From the human T2T-CHM13v2.0 reference genome, Homo sapiens, in the NCBI RefSeq assembly GCF_009914755.1, contig NC_060947.1: DNA of 64,000 bases, one strand, 5' to 3'. A program made the translations under genes and the position numbers. Below are positions 44,512 through 57,989 of the stretch, in pieces. The notes under the pieces were generated by a model, which searched no databases, had not been told where the DNA came from, and saw only the letters and a program-made list of their open reading frames with translations. Numbering within the stretch: the first letter of the stretch is position 1; every line of letters starts with the position of its first letter.

Positions 44512-45762
44512 CAAGGTTTGTCAATTTTATTTAACTTTTCAGAAGACCAACTTTTTGTTTCACTATTTTTTTGAATTTTTTTGAATTTTGAATTTTTTTT
44601 TTTGGTGTTGTTCTGGTATTTATTACTTCTTTTCACTCAATTTTGTATTTGGTTTGCTTTTGCTGTTCTAGTTCTTAATTATGCAACATTAGGTTCTTCA
44701 TTTGAGGTTTTTTCTCTTTTTTGATGTAGGAACTCATAGCTACAAACTTACGTGATAGAACTTCTTTTGCTGTATCTCATAGGTTTTGGTATGGTGTGTT
44801 CCCATTATTACTTGTCTCAAGAAACGTTTTAAATTTATTTTTAATTTTTTATTGACTCCCTGATCATTCAGGACCTACTGTTTAATTTTTGTGTATTTGT
44901 ATGTGTTCCAGAATTCTGTCTGTTATTAATATCTAGTTTCATTTCCTTGTGGTCAGAAATGATGCTTGATATTACTTAAATTTTCTGAATGTTTTAACAC
45001 TTGTTTTGTGACCTAACATATCATGGGTCTATCCTTGAGTATGACCCATGTCCTGAGGAAAATATTGTGTATGCTGCAGCCATTTGGGAAAATGTTCTGC
45101 AAATGTCTATTAAGTCCATTTCATCTAAAGTGCAGGTTATGTCTAATGTTTTTGTTGTTGCTGTTGTTGTTGAATTTCTGTCTGGATGATCTGTCCAATG
45201 CTGAAAGTGGGGTTTTAAAGTCTCACATTATTATTGTACTGTAGCCTGTCTCTCTCTTTAGTTCTAATAATATTTGCTTTATATAGCTGAGTGTTCCAGT
45301 GTTGGGTGCATATATATTTTAAATTGTTGTATATATCATTTTACTGAATTGACCAATTTATCATTATATAGTGATCTTCTTTGTCTCATCTTATACATTT
45401 TGTTTTGAAATGTATTTTGTATGATATAAGCATAAAGACACCTGCTGTACTTTTTTAATATAAGTTTAGTGACTCCTGCTAGTCTTTTTTATTTCCATTG
45501 TCATGGAATAATTTTTCATCTGATTATTTCAGTCTATGTGTGTCTTTATAAGTGAAGTGTGCTTCTTGTAGGCAATAGATCAATAGGTCTTGTTTGTTTA
45601 TCCACTCAGCCACTCTATGTCTTTTGGTTGGAGAGTTTAGTCTATATATATTCAATATTATTATCATGATATTATATAATAATTTCTCCTGCCATTTTGT
45701 TATTTGTTTTCTAACTGCATTGTAGTCTTCACTTTCTTTTTTCTTTCCTTTCCGTCTTCTTT

Positions 45763-45967
45763 TTTTGCCACATAAAATATAATTTGCTTTATTTTTCCCC
45801 TTTGCACCATTAAGAGATTTATTATCTTCTATTTATTTTCAGCACTTCTCTTCATTTCTGGAAAGTCAGAACTGCCTAAATCATTATTGCATCTGAATAG
45901 AGTTTTGCAGGCAAATTTCCAGTAATGGGCTCAAATAATAGGTTCTAACTGGCATTTCATAATGACC
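45763..45967 (-). pseudogene. ~200 bp retrotransposed non-repeat sequence (orphan 3' transduction or truncated retrocopy)
   Basis: TSD tcctttc(c/t)gtcttcttt at 45746-45762 and 45968-45984, short A tail, AATAAA 21 nt upstream of the tail on the - strand. Confidence 0.75.
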
Positions 45968-46967
45968 TCCTTTCTGTCTTCTTTAGTGAAGGAGATTTTC
46001 TCAGGTGATTTAATTTAACTTCTTCCTTTTTTGTTTTCTGTCTCCGTTGTGTATCTTTTGGTTTAAAGTTACCATGAGGCTTGCAAATATTATTGTATAA
46101 TCCATTATTTTAACTTGATAACAACTTAACACTTTTTGCATGAAAATCAAACAGGCAGAAAGAAAACTAATATAAACTCTATGCCTTAACTCTATCAACC
46201 TGCTTTCTAAATTTTTGTTTTTTCTATTTATATCTCCTTGTACTGGCTCTCTCTTCAAATGTTGTTCTAGCTATTATTTTTGACTTGTTCATCATTTAGC
46301 CTTTCTACTTAGGTTAAGAGTAGTTTACACACCACAGTTGCAGTGTTATATTATTCTGTGTTTTTCTGTTTACTTACTATTATCAATGAGGAGTTTTGTG
46401 CCTTCAGGTGATTACTTATTGCTCATTAATGTCCTTTACTTCCTTACTAAAGTACTCCCTTTAGCATTGTCTTTAAGATTGGTCTGCTGGTGATGAAATC
46501 CCTCAGCTTTTGTTTGTCTGGAAAAGGCTTGTTATCAGACACTCTACTCTAGGATAAAAGGTTTTCTTTTTTCAGCTCTTTAAATATGTAAAGAGCCACT
46601 GTCTCCTAGTTGGTAAGGTTTCCACTAAGAAGTGGGCTGCCACATGTATTGGAACTTCATTGTACATTGTTTGTTTCTTTTCTCTTGCTGCTTTTAGGAT
46701 CTTTTCTTTATCCTTGACCTTTGGGAGTTTGACTGTTGAATGTCTTAAGTAGTCTTGTTTCGGTTAAGTGTGCTTGGTGTTCTATAACCTTCTTGTACTT
46801 GAATATAAATATCTTTATCTAGGTCAGAAGTTATCTGTTGTCATCACTTTGAATAAACTTTCTATCATAATTTCTCCTTCTACTTTCTCTCTATGGCCAT
46901 TACTTCTTAGATTTGTCTTTTTGAGGTTATATCTCACCGTGTAAAACACCTAACAAAAGATGAATTA

Positions 46968-49900
46968 GAGGAGTAGCTAAGAAGGCCAACTAGAAGCAGC
47001 TATTGTGTGTTGCTGTAATAGAGAGGAATGGAAGGAGCAAGTAAATACAGCACCTTCAACTGAAACATCCAGGTACTCACATTGGTACTAATCCAAGAAA
47101 CTACTTGACCCATGAAAATTGAAGTAAAAGCAAGGCAGGATGACTGCCCACCTAGGAGTCACATACAGCCAAGAGAACTTCCTCTGCCTGGGGAAGCCAT
47201 GATGAATGTGCATTCCTGGGAACCCATGCTTCTCCAATAGATTTTTGTAAACCTTGGGTCAGGAGATCCCTTTGTGAACCCACTCCACCAGGGCCTTCAG
47301 TCTGACACACAGAATGATGTGGAGTCTCAGAAGAGCAGCTCCTCAAGTATGTGCAGAGACCCAGGAACCTTGGATACTCTGGCATTATGAGCTTCCTGGC
47401 AAAAGTAGTTGCAACTCTGGCAAAGTGGGGTGTTACTCCCCTACGCATTCCCCTAGGAAAGAGGCTGAATTCAGGGGGCTGAGCAGCGACAGTCTGTGGG
47501 CCCCATTTCCATGGCACCACACATGATAAAACCCACTGGTTTGAAATTCCAGCCAGCCACATGTAGCAGTGTTGTGCCTTCCTGAGATGGAGATCCCAGG
47601 AGGATGGGCACGCTGACATCTTTGCTGTTAGGGCAATGTAGCTGTTCCAGCCTTTGGGCTTTGGAAAGTCCAAACTGACTGGAAGTGAAAGGGATCCCCC
47701 AACACATCAGAGGTGCTCTATGAAAATGTGACCAGACTGCTTTTTAAAGTGGGTACCCAATCCTGTTTCTCCTCACTGAGCAGGCCCTTCCAACCAGGGT
47801 CTCCAGCCACATCTGCCAGTGATTTCTAGCTGACATAGTTTTGAAACCTCCCTGGGATGAAGTTCTCAGAGAGAGGGGCGAGCCACCATTTTTGCTATTT
47901 GGGTGACTTAGCTTTTCCAGTCTTTGGGCATTGGAAAGTCCAAGCCAACCAGGGTTGGAAACTGTACCCCGTACAGCCTAGCTGCTCTATCAAAATGTGT
48001 CCAGACTGCTTCTTTAAGCAAGTGCCTGTTCCCGTTCCTCCTCTCTGGTCAGTACCTCCCAACCAAGGCCTCCAGCCATCCCTCCTGGTGTTCTCCAGCT
48101 GACAAAGATTTGAAAAGTCCCTGAGAGACAGCCCCTAGAGGGAGGAATGGGCCACCATATTCGCTGTTAGGGAAACTTAGCCAGTCAACCCTTTGGGCTT
48201 TGAAGAGTCCAAGCCAACTGGGAGCAAAGGCAGTCCCTCAGCACAGCACAGTTGCCTTATGAAAATGTGGCCAGACTGATGTCTTAAGTAGGTTCTCAAT
48301 CCCATTCATCACCAGGTGGAGCCTCCCAACTGGGGTTTCTGCCTACTGTAGCCAATGATCTTTGGCTGACAGAGGTTTCAGGGCTCCCTAGGATGGAGCT
48401 CCAATGGTGAGTGGCAGGCCCGACTGGTGGAGACCTCCAAAGAGGCAGCCCCTATGGCTGTGTGATAGCTGGCACATTCTCTCCCCATACTGCAAAATCC
48501 TCTGAGCCCACAGCACCTCCCCACATCACTTTGCTGGTGTGCGTCTGCATGGGTGGTTTTTTTTTACTTGACCCACCAACATGCAAGAGTACAGTATGTG
48601 CCTCCACCCCTGCTGACCACCATTACAGATGAAGCCTTGGTGGTCACAGAGCCAGCAAGCCTTACCCCCACAAGCACCCCACCCTTGCACTAAAGCTGCA
48701 CAGAGAACAGAATATCCTTGCACACCCTGAGTGATCACTCCTGCCCATGAGACACAGAGAAGGCACCCAGACCTGTGTTGACTAGCACCCCTCCCCAAGC
48801 CAACACCATCTCCAGTGCAATCATGCACACAGTCCTCAGCAGAGGCACCTGCTTCCCCCTCCAGCTGTTTTGCCTCTGCCACTGTGGTGAATGCCCACAT
48901 GGAGGCAGGCACCCTTGAGTCCACTAGCAGTCTGCTGCATCTGCCACAACTCAGTCACCCCGGAGCAGCAGACTAAAAATCTCAAGCAGCCAGAGAACAA
49001 AGTCAGGGCACAATAAAAGTCTCCCAGAGTTAGAGCACACAGTCTCGGAGTTGAGAGCTGAGTGTTGGCACCCTAAAATCTCCCAGAAATGAAGCCAGCT
49101 GGCCCACTTTATACCACAATCAAACCCTCAAGGACATCAAATAGGGCAATAGAAAAAAACATCTAATGGTCAGCAACCTCAAAGATTGATTGCAGATAAG
49201 CCCAAAAGATGAGAAAGAATCAGCACAAGAACACTGAAAACTCAAAAAAGCCAGAGTGCCTTCTTTCCTCCAAATGACCACATCACTTCCCCAGCAAGGA
49301 TTTGGAACTGAGCTGAGGCTGAGATGGCTGAAATGAAAGAAGTAGAATTCAAAATATGGATAGGAACAAAGTTAATGGAGCTACAGAAGTACATTAAAAC
49401 CCAGTGCAGGCTGGGTGCGGTGGCTCATGCCTGTAATCCCAACACTTTGGGAGGCTGAGGTGGGTGGATCACAAGGTCAGGAGATTGAGACCAGCCTGGC
49501 TAACACGGTGAAACCCGGTCTCTACTAAAAATAGAAAAAATTAGCCGGGCATGGTGGCTGGCACCTGTAGTCCCAGCTGCTCCAGAGGCGGAGGCAGGAG
49601 AATGGCATGAACCTGGGAGGCGGAGCTTGCAGAGAGCTGAGATTGCAACACTGCACTCCAGCTTGGGCAACAGAGCAAGACTCTGTCTCAAAACAAATAA
49701 AATAAATTTAAAAATCCCAATGCAAGGAAAGTAAAGATCATGATACAACATTGCAGGAGATGACAGGAAAAAAAAAAAAAAACATAGCCAGTATAGACAT
49801 GATAGAGCAGAAAAACACACTTTAAAGATTTAATAATGCAGAATTAATAGCAGAATAGACCAAGCAGAGGTAAGAATCTCAGAGCTTGAAGATTGGATTT

Positions 49901-52900
49901 CTGAAATAGACAGGAAGACAATAATAGAGAGAAAAAAATAGAAACAATTGAACAAAACCTCAGAGAAATATGGGGTTATGTAAAGAGACAAAATATACAA
50001 CCCATTGGTGGTCTTGAAAAAGATAGGAAGCATGAAACCAACTTGAAAAACATATTTCAGGATGTCATCCATGAGAATTTCCCCAACCTAGCTAGAGAGG
50101 CCAACATTCACATTCAGAAGAGGCAGAGAAACTCAGTAAGATATTTCACAAGATCATGCTCAAGACATATAAATATTAGATTATCCAAGGCAGAAATAAA
50201 AGAAAACCATTTTAAAGGCAGCTAGAGAGAAAGGTCAGGTAAGCTACAAAGAGAAGCCCATCAGACTAACAATAGACCTCTCAGTTGAAACCCCAGAAAC
50301 CAGAAGAGATTGGGGGCCAATATTCAACACTCTTAGAGAAGAAATTGTAACCTAGAATTTCATTTCTGACCAAGCTAAACATAAACAAAGGAGAAATAAG
50401 ATGTTTTTCAGACAAGCAAATGTTGAGGGAATTCATTACCTCCAGACCTTCTTTACAAGAGCTAGTAAAGGAAGTACTAAAAATGAAAAGGAAAGACCAT
50501 TACCAGCCACTACAAAAACACACTGAAGTACACAGACCAGTGACACTATAAAGAAACCACAAAAACAAGTCTGCAAAATAACCAGCTAACATCATGATGG
50601 GATCAAATCCACATATATCAATACTATTTTTGAATGTAAATGGGCTAAATGACCCTATTAAAATAAACAGAGTGGCAAGCTGGCTGAAGAACCAAGACCC
50701 ATTGGCATGCTGTCATCAAGAGACCAATCTCACATGCAATGACACACATAGGCTCAAAATAAAGGTATGAAGAAAAATTTACCAAGCAAATGGAAAAAAG
50801 CAAAAAGCAGAAGTTGCAATCTTAGTTGCTGACAAAACAGACTGTTCAAAAAAGAGAAAGAAGGGCATTACATAATGGTAAAAGTTCAATTCAATAAGAA
50901 GAGCTAACTATCCTGAATAAATATGTACCTAACTCAGGAGCACCCAGATTCATAAAGCAAGTTTTTAGAGACCTTCAAAGAGAATTAGACTCCCACACGA
51001 CATTGGTGGGTGACTATAATACCCCACTGACAACATTAGACAGATCATGGAGACAGAAAATTAACAAAGATATTCAGGACCTGAATGCAGCAGTAGACCA
51101 AGTGGACTTTATAGTTATCTACAGAACTCCACCCCAAAACAACAGAATATACATTCTTCTCATTGCCACATGGCACATACTCTAAAATTGATTACATATT
51201 CATAAGTAAAATACTGCTCAACAAATGCAAAAGAGCTAAAATTATAGCAAACAGTCTCCTGGACCACAACACAATTAAACTAGAAATCAAGACTGAGAAA
51301 TTCACTCAAAACCATACAATTACATGGAAATAGAATATGAGCACATGAACCTGCTTCTGAGTTAATTTCAGATAAATAATTAAAATAAAGCAGAAATGAA
51401 GAAGTTCTTTGAAAGTAATGAGAGGATAAATACAACCTACCAGAATCTCTGGGACACAGCTAAGGCACTGTTAAGAAATTTATAGCACCAAATGCCCACA
51501 TCAAAAGGTTAGAAACATCTCAAGTTAGCAACTTAACATCACAACTAAAGGAACTAGAGAACCCACAGAAAACAAACCCCAAAGCTAGCAGAGGACAATA
51601 AATAACCAAAATCAGAGCTGAACTGAAGGAGATAGAAACACATACAAAAAAAAGTACAATAAAAAGATCAATGAATTCAGGAACTTGTTTTTTTAAAAAA
51701 AATAATAAAATAGATCTCTAGTCAGACTAATAAATAAGAAAAGAGAAAATTCAAATAAATACAATCAGAAACAAGGAGGATATTGCCACTGACCCCACAG
51801 AAATACAAACAACTATCAGAGAATATTATGAACACCTCTATGCACATAAACTAGAAAATCTAGAAAAAAAATGAATAAATTCCTGGACATATACAACCTT
51901 CCAAGACTGAATCAGGAAGAAGTTGAATCCCCAAGCAGACAAATAATGAGCTCTAAATTTGAGGCAGTAATAAACACCATACCAATCAAAAAAAGCCAGG
52001 ACCAGTGGGATTCACAGCTGAATTCTACTAGGTGTACAAAGAAGACCTTGTACCATTCCTACTGAAACTATTTCAAAAAATTAAGGAGTAGTGACTCCAC
52101 TCTAACTCATTCTATGAGGCCAGAATCATTCCGACATCAAAACCTGGCAGAGATACAGTAAAAAGGAAAACTTCAGACCAATAACCTTGATGAAATTGAT
52201 GCAAAATAACTTCACTACACAATACTGGCAAACAAAATTCAGCAGCACATCAAAAAGATTATCTACCCATGATCAAGTAGGCTTTATCCCTGGGATGCAA
52301 GGATGGTTCAATATATACAAATCAGCAAATGTGATTCATCGTATAAACAGAACTAAAGACAAAAAACACATAATTATCTCAATAGATGCAGAAAAAGCTT
52401 TTGATAAAATTCAACACTTCTTTATGTTTAAAACTCTCAATAAGCTAGATATTGAAGAAACAAACCTCAAAATAATAAGAGCCATCTATAACAAACCCAC
52501 ATCCAACATCATACTGAATGGGCAAAACTTAAAACCTTTAAAACTGGCACAAGACAGGGATGCCCTCTGTCATCACTCTTATTCAACATAGTATTGGAAG
52601 TCCTGGCCAGGGCAGTCAGATAAGAGAAAGTTAAAAAGGGCATCCAAATAGGAAGATAGGAAGTCAGACTATCCCTGGTTGCAAACCACATTTTCCTGTA
52701 TTTAGAAAACCTCAAGTCTCAGCCCAAAAGCTCCTTGATCCAACAAACAACTTCAGCAAAGTCTCAGGATACAAAATTAATGTTCAAAAATCACTAGCAT
52801 TCTATACTCCAAGAACACTCAAGCCGAGAGCCAAATTAGAAAGAAACTCTCATTCATAATTGCCACAAAAAGAATAAAATACCTAGGAATACAGCTAACT

Positions 52901-54607
52901 AGGGAGGTGAAAGATCTCTACAAGGTGAATTATGAACTACTGCTCAAATAAATCAGACATGACACAAACAAATGAAAAAACAGTTCATGCTCATGGATAG
53001 GAAGAATTAGTAACTTTAAAATGGTCATAGTTCCCAAAGCAGTTCATAGATCTAATGCTATTCCTATTAAACTACCATTGAGATTCTTCAGAGCAGTAGA
53101 AAAAAATATTTTAAAATTCACAGGGAACCAAAAAGAGCCTGAATAACCAAGGTAATCCTAAGCAATAAGAACAAAGTTAGAGGCATCACCCTAACTGACT
53201 TCAAACTAATCTGCAGGACTATAGAAACCAAAACAGCATAGTAGTAGTATGAATACAGACACATAGACCAATGGAACAGAATAGAGAACCCAGAAATAAG
53301 ACCGCAAACCTACAACTATTTGATCTTCAACACACCTGATAAAAACAATCACTGGGGAAAGTATTCCCTATTCAATAACTGGTGCTGGGATAACTGGATA
53401 GCCATAGGCAGAAGATTAAATTGGACTCCTTCATTACACCATATACAAAAATTAACTCGAGATAGACTAAAGACTCAAATGTAAAACTCAAAACTATAAA
53501 AGCCCTGAAAGACAACCTATGCAATGCCATTCAAACCATAGGCACTGGCAACAATTTCATGATGAAGATGTCAAAAGCAGTTGCAAAAAAAAACGAAAAT
53601 TAACAAATGTGATGTAATTAAACTAAAGAGCTTTTACACAGAAAAAGAAAATATCAACAGAGTAAACAGACAACATACAGAATGGGAGAAGTTTTTGAAA
53701 ACGATGCATCTGACAAATATCCAGGATCTATAAGGAACTTTAACAAATTTACAAGAAAAAAAACAAAGAACCCATGAAAAAGGGGGCAAAAGACATAAAC
53801 TTTTCAAAAGAAGACATACCTGCAGCCAACATTCACATGAAAAAAAAATCTCAACATCACTGATCATTAGGGAAATGTAAATCAGAACCACAATGAGATA
53901 TCATCTCATACCAGTCAGAATGGCTATTATTAAAAAGTCAGAAAACAACAGATGCTGGCAAGGTTGTGGAATAAAAGGAATGTTTTTACACTGTTGCTGG
54001 GAGAGTAAATTAGTTCAACCATTGTGGAAGACAATGTGGTGATTCCTCAAAGATCTAAAGACAGAAGTACTATTTAACCCAGTAATCCTATCAGTGAGTA
54101 TATACCCAAAATAATATAAATTGTTCTGTTGTCAAAATGAATGCAAGCTTATGTTAATTGCAGCACTATCCACAATGGGAAAGACATGGAATCAACCTAA
54201 ATGTCCATTAGTTATAGACGGGATAAAGAAAATGTGGTACATATACACAACAGAATAATATGCAGCCATAAAAAAGAACAAGATCATGTCATTTGCACGG
54301 ACTTGGATGGAGGTGGAGGCCATCATCTTATCCAACCAATGCAGAAACAGAAAACCAAATACCACATGTTCTCACTTATAAGTGAGAGCTAATTGATGAG
54401 AACACATAGACAGATAGAGGGGAACAACACACACTGGGACCTATGAGTGTGGAGGATTGGAGGATGGAGAAGATGGGGAAAAATAACTAATGGGTACTAG
54501 GCTTCATACTGGAGTGACAAAATAATCTGTACAACAAACTCCCATGACACAAGTTTACCTCTGTTATAAACCTGCTCATGTAACCCTGAACTTAAAATAA
54601 AATTTAT
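46968..54607 (+). mobile_element. Full-length L1PA13/L1PREC2-like LINE-1, ORFs heavily disrupted
   Basis: Long 5'UTR, ORF1 from ~49209, ORF2 from ~50593, 3' end aaataactaatgggtactaggc...ctgaacttaaaataaa; TSD aaaaga(t/g)gaatta at 46955-46967 and 54608-54620. Confidence 0.88.
49409..49710 (+). mobile_element. AluY-like in L1 ORF1
   Basis: ggctaacacggtg, gaatggcatgaacc, gagcttgcag; TSD aaaacccagtgca / aaatcccaatgca. Confidence 0.9.
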
Positions 54608-55385
54608 AAAAGAGGAATTAAGGACATAAATGTAAGACTCAAAACTGTAAGCCTACTGGAAGAAAACAGGTGAAAAGCTTCAGGGGATTGGTCCAGGCAA
54701 AGATTTTATGGTTAATATCCCAAAAGCAGAGGCAATAATAATAGACAAATGAAACTATATTAAACTAAAAAACTCCTGCATTGCAAAAGAAAGAATCAGT
54801 AGAATGAATAGACAACCTGTTAGTTATGAGAAAATATTTGCAAACTAGTCATTCAAGAAGGGAATAGTATCCTGAAAACACAAGAACCTCAAACAACTCA
54901 ACAAAATATAATTTCATCAAAAATGAGCAAAGGACATGAGTAGACTTCTCTGAAAAGAAGAAATACAGATGGCCAATAAGCATATGAAAATACTCATCAT
55001 CGCCATTCATCAGTAAAGTGCAACATAAAATCACAATGAGATATTATCTTACACAAATCAGAATGGCTATTGTTTATAAAACAAAAAATAACAGATGTTA
55101 CTAAGGTTGAGGAACAAGGGGAATGCTTATACACTGTTAGTAGAAATGTAAATCAGTACAACCTCTATGAAAAACAGTATGGAGATTTCTATAAGACCTA
55201 AAGTGGAACTACCATTTGATCTAGCACTCCCACTCTTAGGTATCTACCTAAAGACAATAAAATCATTATATTTAAAAGATACCTGCACTTGTCTGTTTAT
55301 GACAGCATTGTTTGCAATAGCAAAGATATGGAATCAAGCTAAGCACCTATCAATGGATGGTTAGATAAAGGAATTGTGAGATATA

Positions 55386-55414
55386 GTGTGTGTGTGTGTG
55401 TGTATATATATATA
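55386..55414. repeat. (GT)n(AT)n microsatellite
   Basis: Directly visible. Confidence 0.85.
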
Positions 55415-55955
55415 CTATTTGTCCATATAAAATAATTAAACTACATTTTCTGCAGCAACACGATGGAACTCAAAGTCATTATGATAAATGTGAAATAAGT
55501 CAGGCACAGACAGACAAACATTGCATGTTTTCATTCATATGTATGAGCTTAAAAAGTTGATTTCCTAGAGGTAGAAAGTAGAATAATAGATGTCAGAGTC
55601 TGGGAAGGGTTTGTAGGTGGTGTGGGGGACAAAGAGAAGTTGGTCAGTGAGCACAAATATACAGTTAACTAGAGGGAATATGTTTTAATGTTCAAGAGCA
55701 GAGTAGGGTGACTATAGTTAACAGCACATATATTTATTTTAAAACAGCTAGAAGAGTTATTGATAGTTAAGTGTCTTGAGGAAGTCTCATTTGCTTTAAA
55801 TCTGCTTGGTGTTCTATAACCTTCTCGTACTTCAATACTGATATCTTTCTCTAGGCTTCAGAAGTTCTCTGTTTTTATCCCTATGAATGAAATCTCTGTC
55901 TTTCTCTCTCTCTTCTCTTTAAGGCCAATAACTCTTAGATTTGCCATTTTGAGGC

Positions 55956-55974
55956 TTTTCTTTTTTTTTCTTTT

Positions 55975-56008
<34 letters not shown>

Positions 56009-56239
56009 AGACGGAGTCTCGCTCTTTCACCAGACTGGCTGGAGTGCAGTGGCACGATCTCGGCTCACTGCAACCTCCACTTCCCAGGTTCAAGTGGTTC
56101 TCCTGCTTAAGCCTCCTGAGTAGCTGGGACTATAGACACGCGTCGCCACGCCCAGCTAATTTCTGTATTTTTAGTATAGACGGGGTTTCACCTTGTTAGC
56201 CAGGATAGTCTCGATCTCTTGACCTCGTGATCTGCCCGC
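55956..56239 (-). mobile_element. 5'-truncated AluSc-like with ~50 nt A tail
   Basis: ttagccaggatagtctcgatctcttgacctcgtg; left arm ends at tctgcccgc; TSD ttttgaggct. Confidence 0.9.
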
Positions 56240-56310
56240 TTTTGAGGCTATTTTCTGGATCTTGTATGGATGTTTACTTTTTTCTTATCCCTTTTCCTTT
56301 TGTCTCCTCT

Positions 56311-56318
<8 letters not shown>

Positions 56319-56366
<48 letters not shown>

Positions 56367-56388
56367 CTTTAAGTTCTGGGGTACATGA
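56319..56388 (-). mobile_element. Minimal L1PA 3'-terminal insertion with a (TA)n tail
   Basis: atactttaagttctggggtacatg is the antisense L1PA terminus; TSD cctctgactatat at 56306-56318 and 56389-56401. Confidence 0.8.
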
Positions 56389-57249
56389 CCTCTGACTATA
56401 TTTTTAAATAGCCTGTCTTCAAGCTCACTAATTCTTTCTTCTGATTGCTCAATTCTCTTGGTAGGATACTAATGCATTCTTCCATATGTCAATTTCATTT
56501 TCTCCTCCAGAATTTCTGCTTAATTCCTTAAAACATTATTTCAACTTCTTCGTTAAATTTATCTGATAAAATTCCAAAATTTTTTCTGTGTTATCTTGGA
56601 TGTTGAGCTTCCACAAAGAAGCTATTTTAAATTCTCTGTCTGAAAGGTTACATTTCTCTGTCTTTCCAGGATGGGTCAACTGGTGCCTTATTTAGTTCAC
56701 TTGGTGAGGTCATGTTTTCCTGGATGGTCTTAACTCTTATGGATGTTTTTAAGTGTTTGGGCATTGAAGAGCTACTTACTCATTCTAATCTTCACAGTCT
56801 GAGCTTCTTTGTACCTGTCCTTCTTAGAAAGGCTTTTCAGGTATTCAAAGGAACTTCAGTGTTGTGATCTAAGTTTTTGGTCACTGAAGACATATCTGCA
56901 TTGGGAGGCACCCCAAGTCCAGTAATACTCTGGTTCTTGCAGACTCATGGAGATTTTGTTGTCAATCTTTGAATTGATTTAAACTGGAGCTATTGATAAT
57001 ATAGTGGAATGGGGAATACCCTCTGTTCTCTACTAAACTTTCTGGCTGAACTTGCTGAATTCCTCAAGTCTTAAGTTCTCTTGGGTGAAATCTGGCTACC
57101 AGATGTCAGAGAAGCAAAAAAAAAAAAATACAATCATAAAATATTAACAAGAGCTATTAATTTTTTAGAATACACCAAGGTACTGTACATCAGAATAAAT
57201 AACACCTCTAGAACTTACAGCTAAACTCTCACCTTATCTCCCTTGTTCT

Positions 57250-57530
57250 GTTTTACTGTTACCCCTTAAGATTTGTCTCAGACCCCACCTCCTCCAAGGA
57301 TCCTTTTCTAATCTCACCTATGTGAGTTAGGGCTCCTCTAGCCTTTGTATATATCTCAGTTATAACATTAAACCCATGTCTTGTCATTATTAGTTTAATT
57401 TTGTCTCACCCACTATATTTTGTGTTTCTTGTGAATAGCAAAGATGTCTTATTTATTCAAAGAGCCTGGCACAGATGTGCTCAGTAAATACCTGTTACAT
57501 GAAATAAAATATGTACATACATACATACAT
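57250..57530 (+). mobile_element. L2 3' fragment
   Basis: ccacctcctccaaggatccttttc...agagcctggcacagatgtgctcagtaaatacctgtt. Confidence 0.65.
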
Positions 57531-57989
57531 AAATGGAGCTTAATTTTTATCTTCATACACATTCCTTGAGAAAAGTAACAGAAATTATATTTTCCTAGGA
57601 CAAGGAGTCTCAAACCTCACAGTGCATTAGAGCACCTGAGGTTACTTATTAAACCTGGGCCCATTTGACCCGGGCCAGGGGAACTTGAATCTGAGGTATG
57701 TTACTTCTGGTATCAGATGAATCTCTAGCTCTCATTGACAGTTCTCATTCCATTCAAAAAAATATATAAGGCAATAAGAACCAGTCAAAATATTGTTCCT
57801 GGTTCCATTTGGACAAGTTAAGGTGGAGGGTGGGGTGGAGGTGGAGCATCTTGTAGACAGGCTTATTATGAAAAGTGATACTTCAATTAACCACTACCTG
57901 GCAGGAAGCTTCCTCATACTCCCAATATGTCCTTTTCTGGAGAAAATAGTCTGAAAGAATTAGCTTACTATCTTTCAAGAATTGCAGGA

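Larger units (their letters stand above)
46931..55756 (+). mobile_element. L1MA4A-like fragment (46931-46967 and 54608-55756), split by L1PA13, 3' end missing
   Basis: ORF2 is colinear across the insertion (...aaaagatgaatta|aggacataaatgtaagac); 3'UTR gcagagtagggtgactatagttaac ends at gctagaagag. Confidence 0.7.
55757..56960 (-). mobile_element. L1MA1-3-type ORF1 N-terminal half and adjacent 5'UTR
   Basis: Antisense ORF1 ([11 protein letters not shown] frame), continuing to 5'UTR-like gggaggcaccccaagtccagtaa. Confidence 0.75.
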
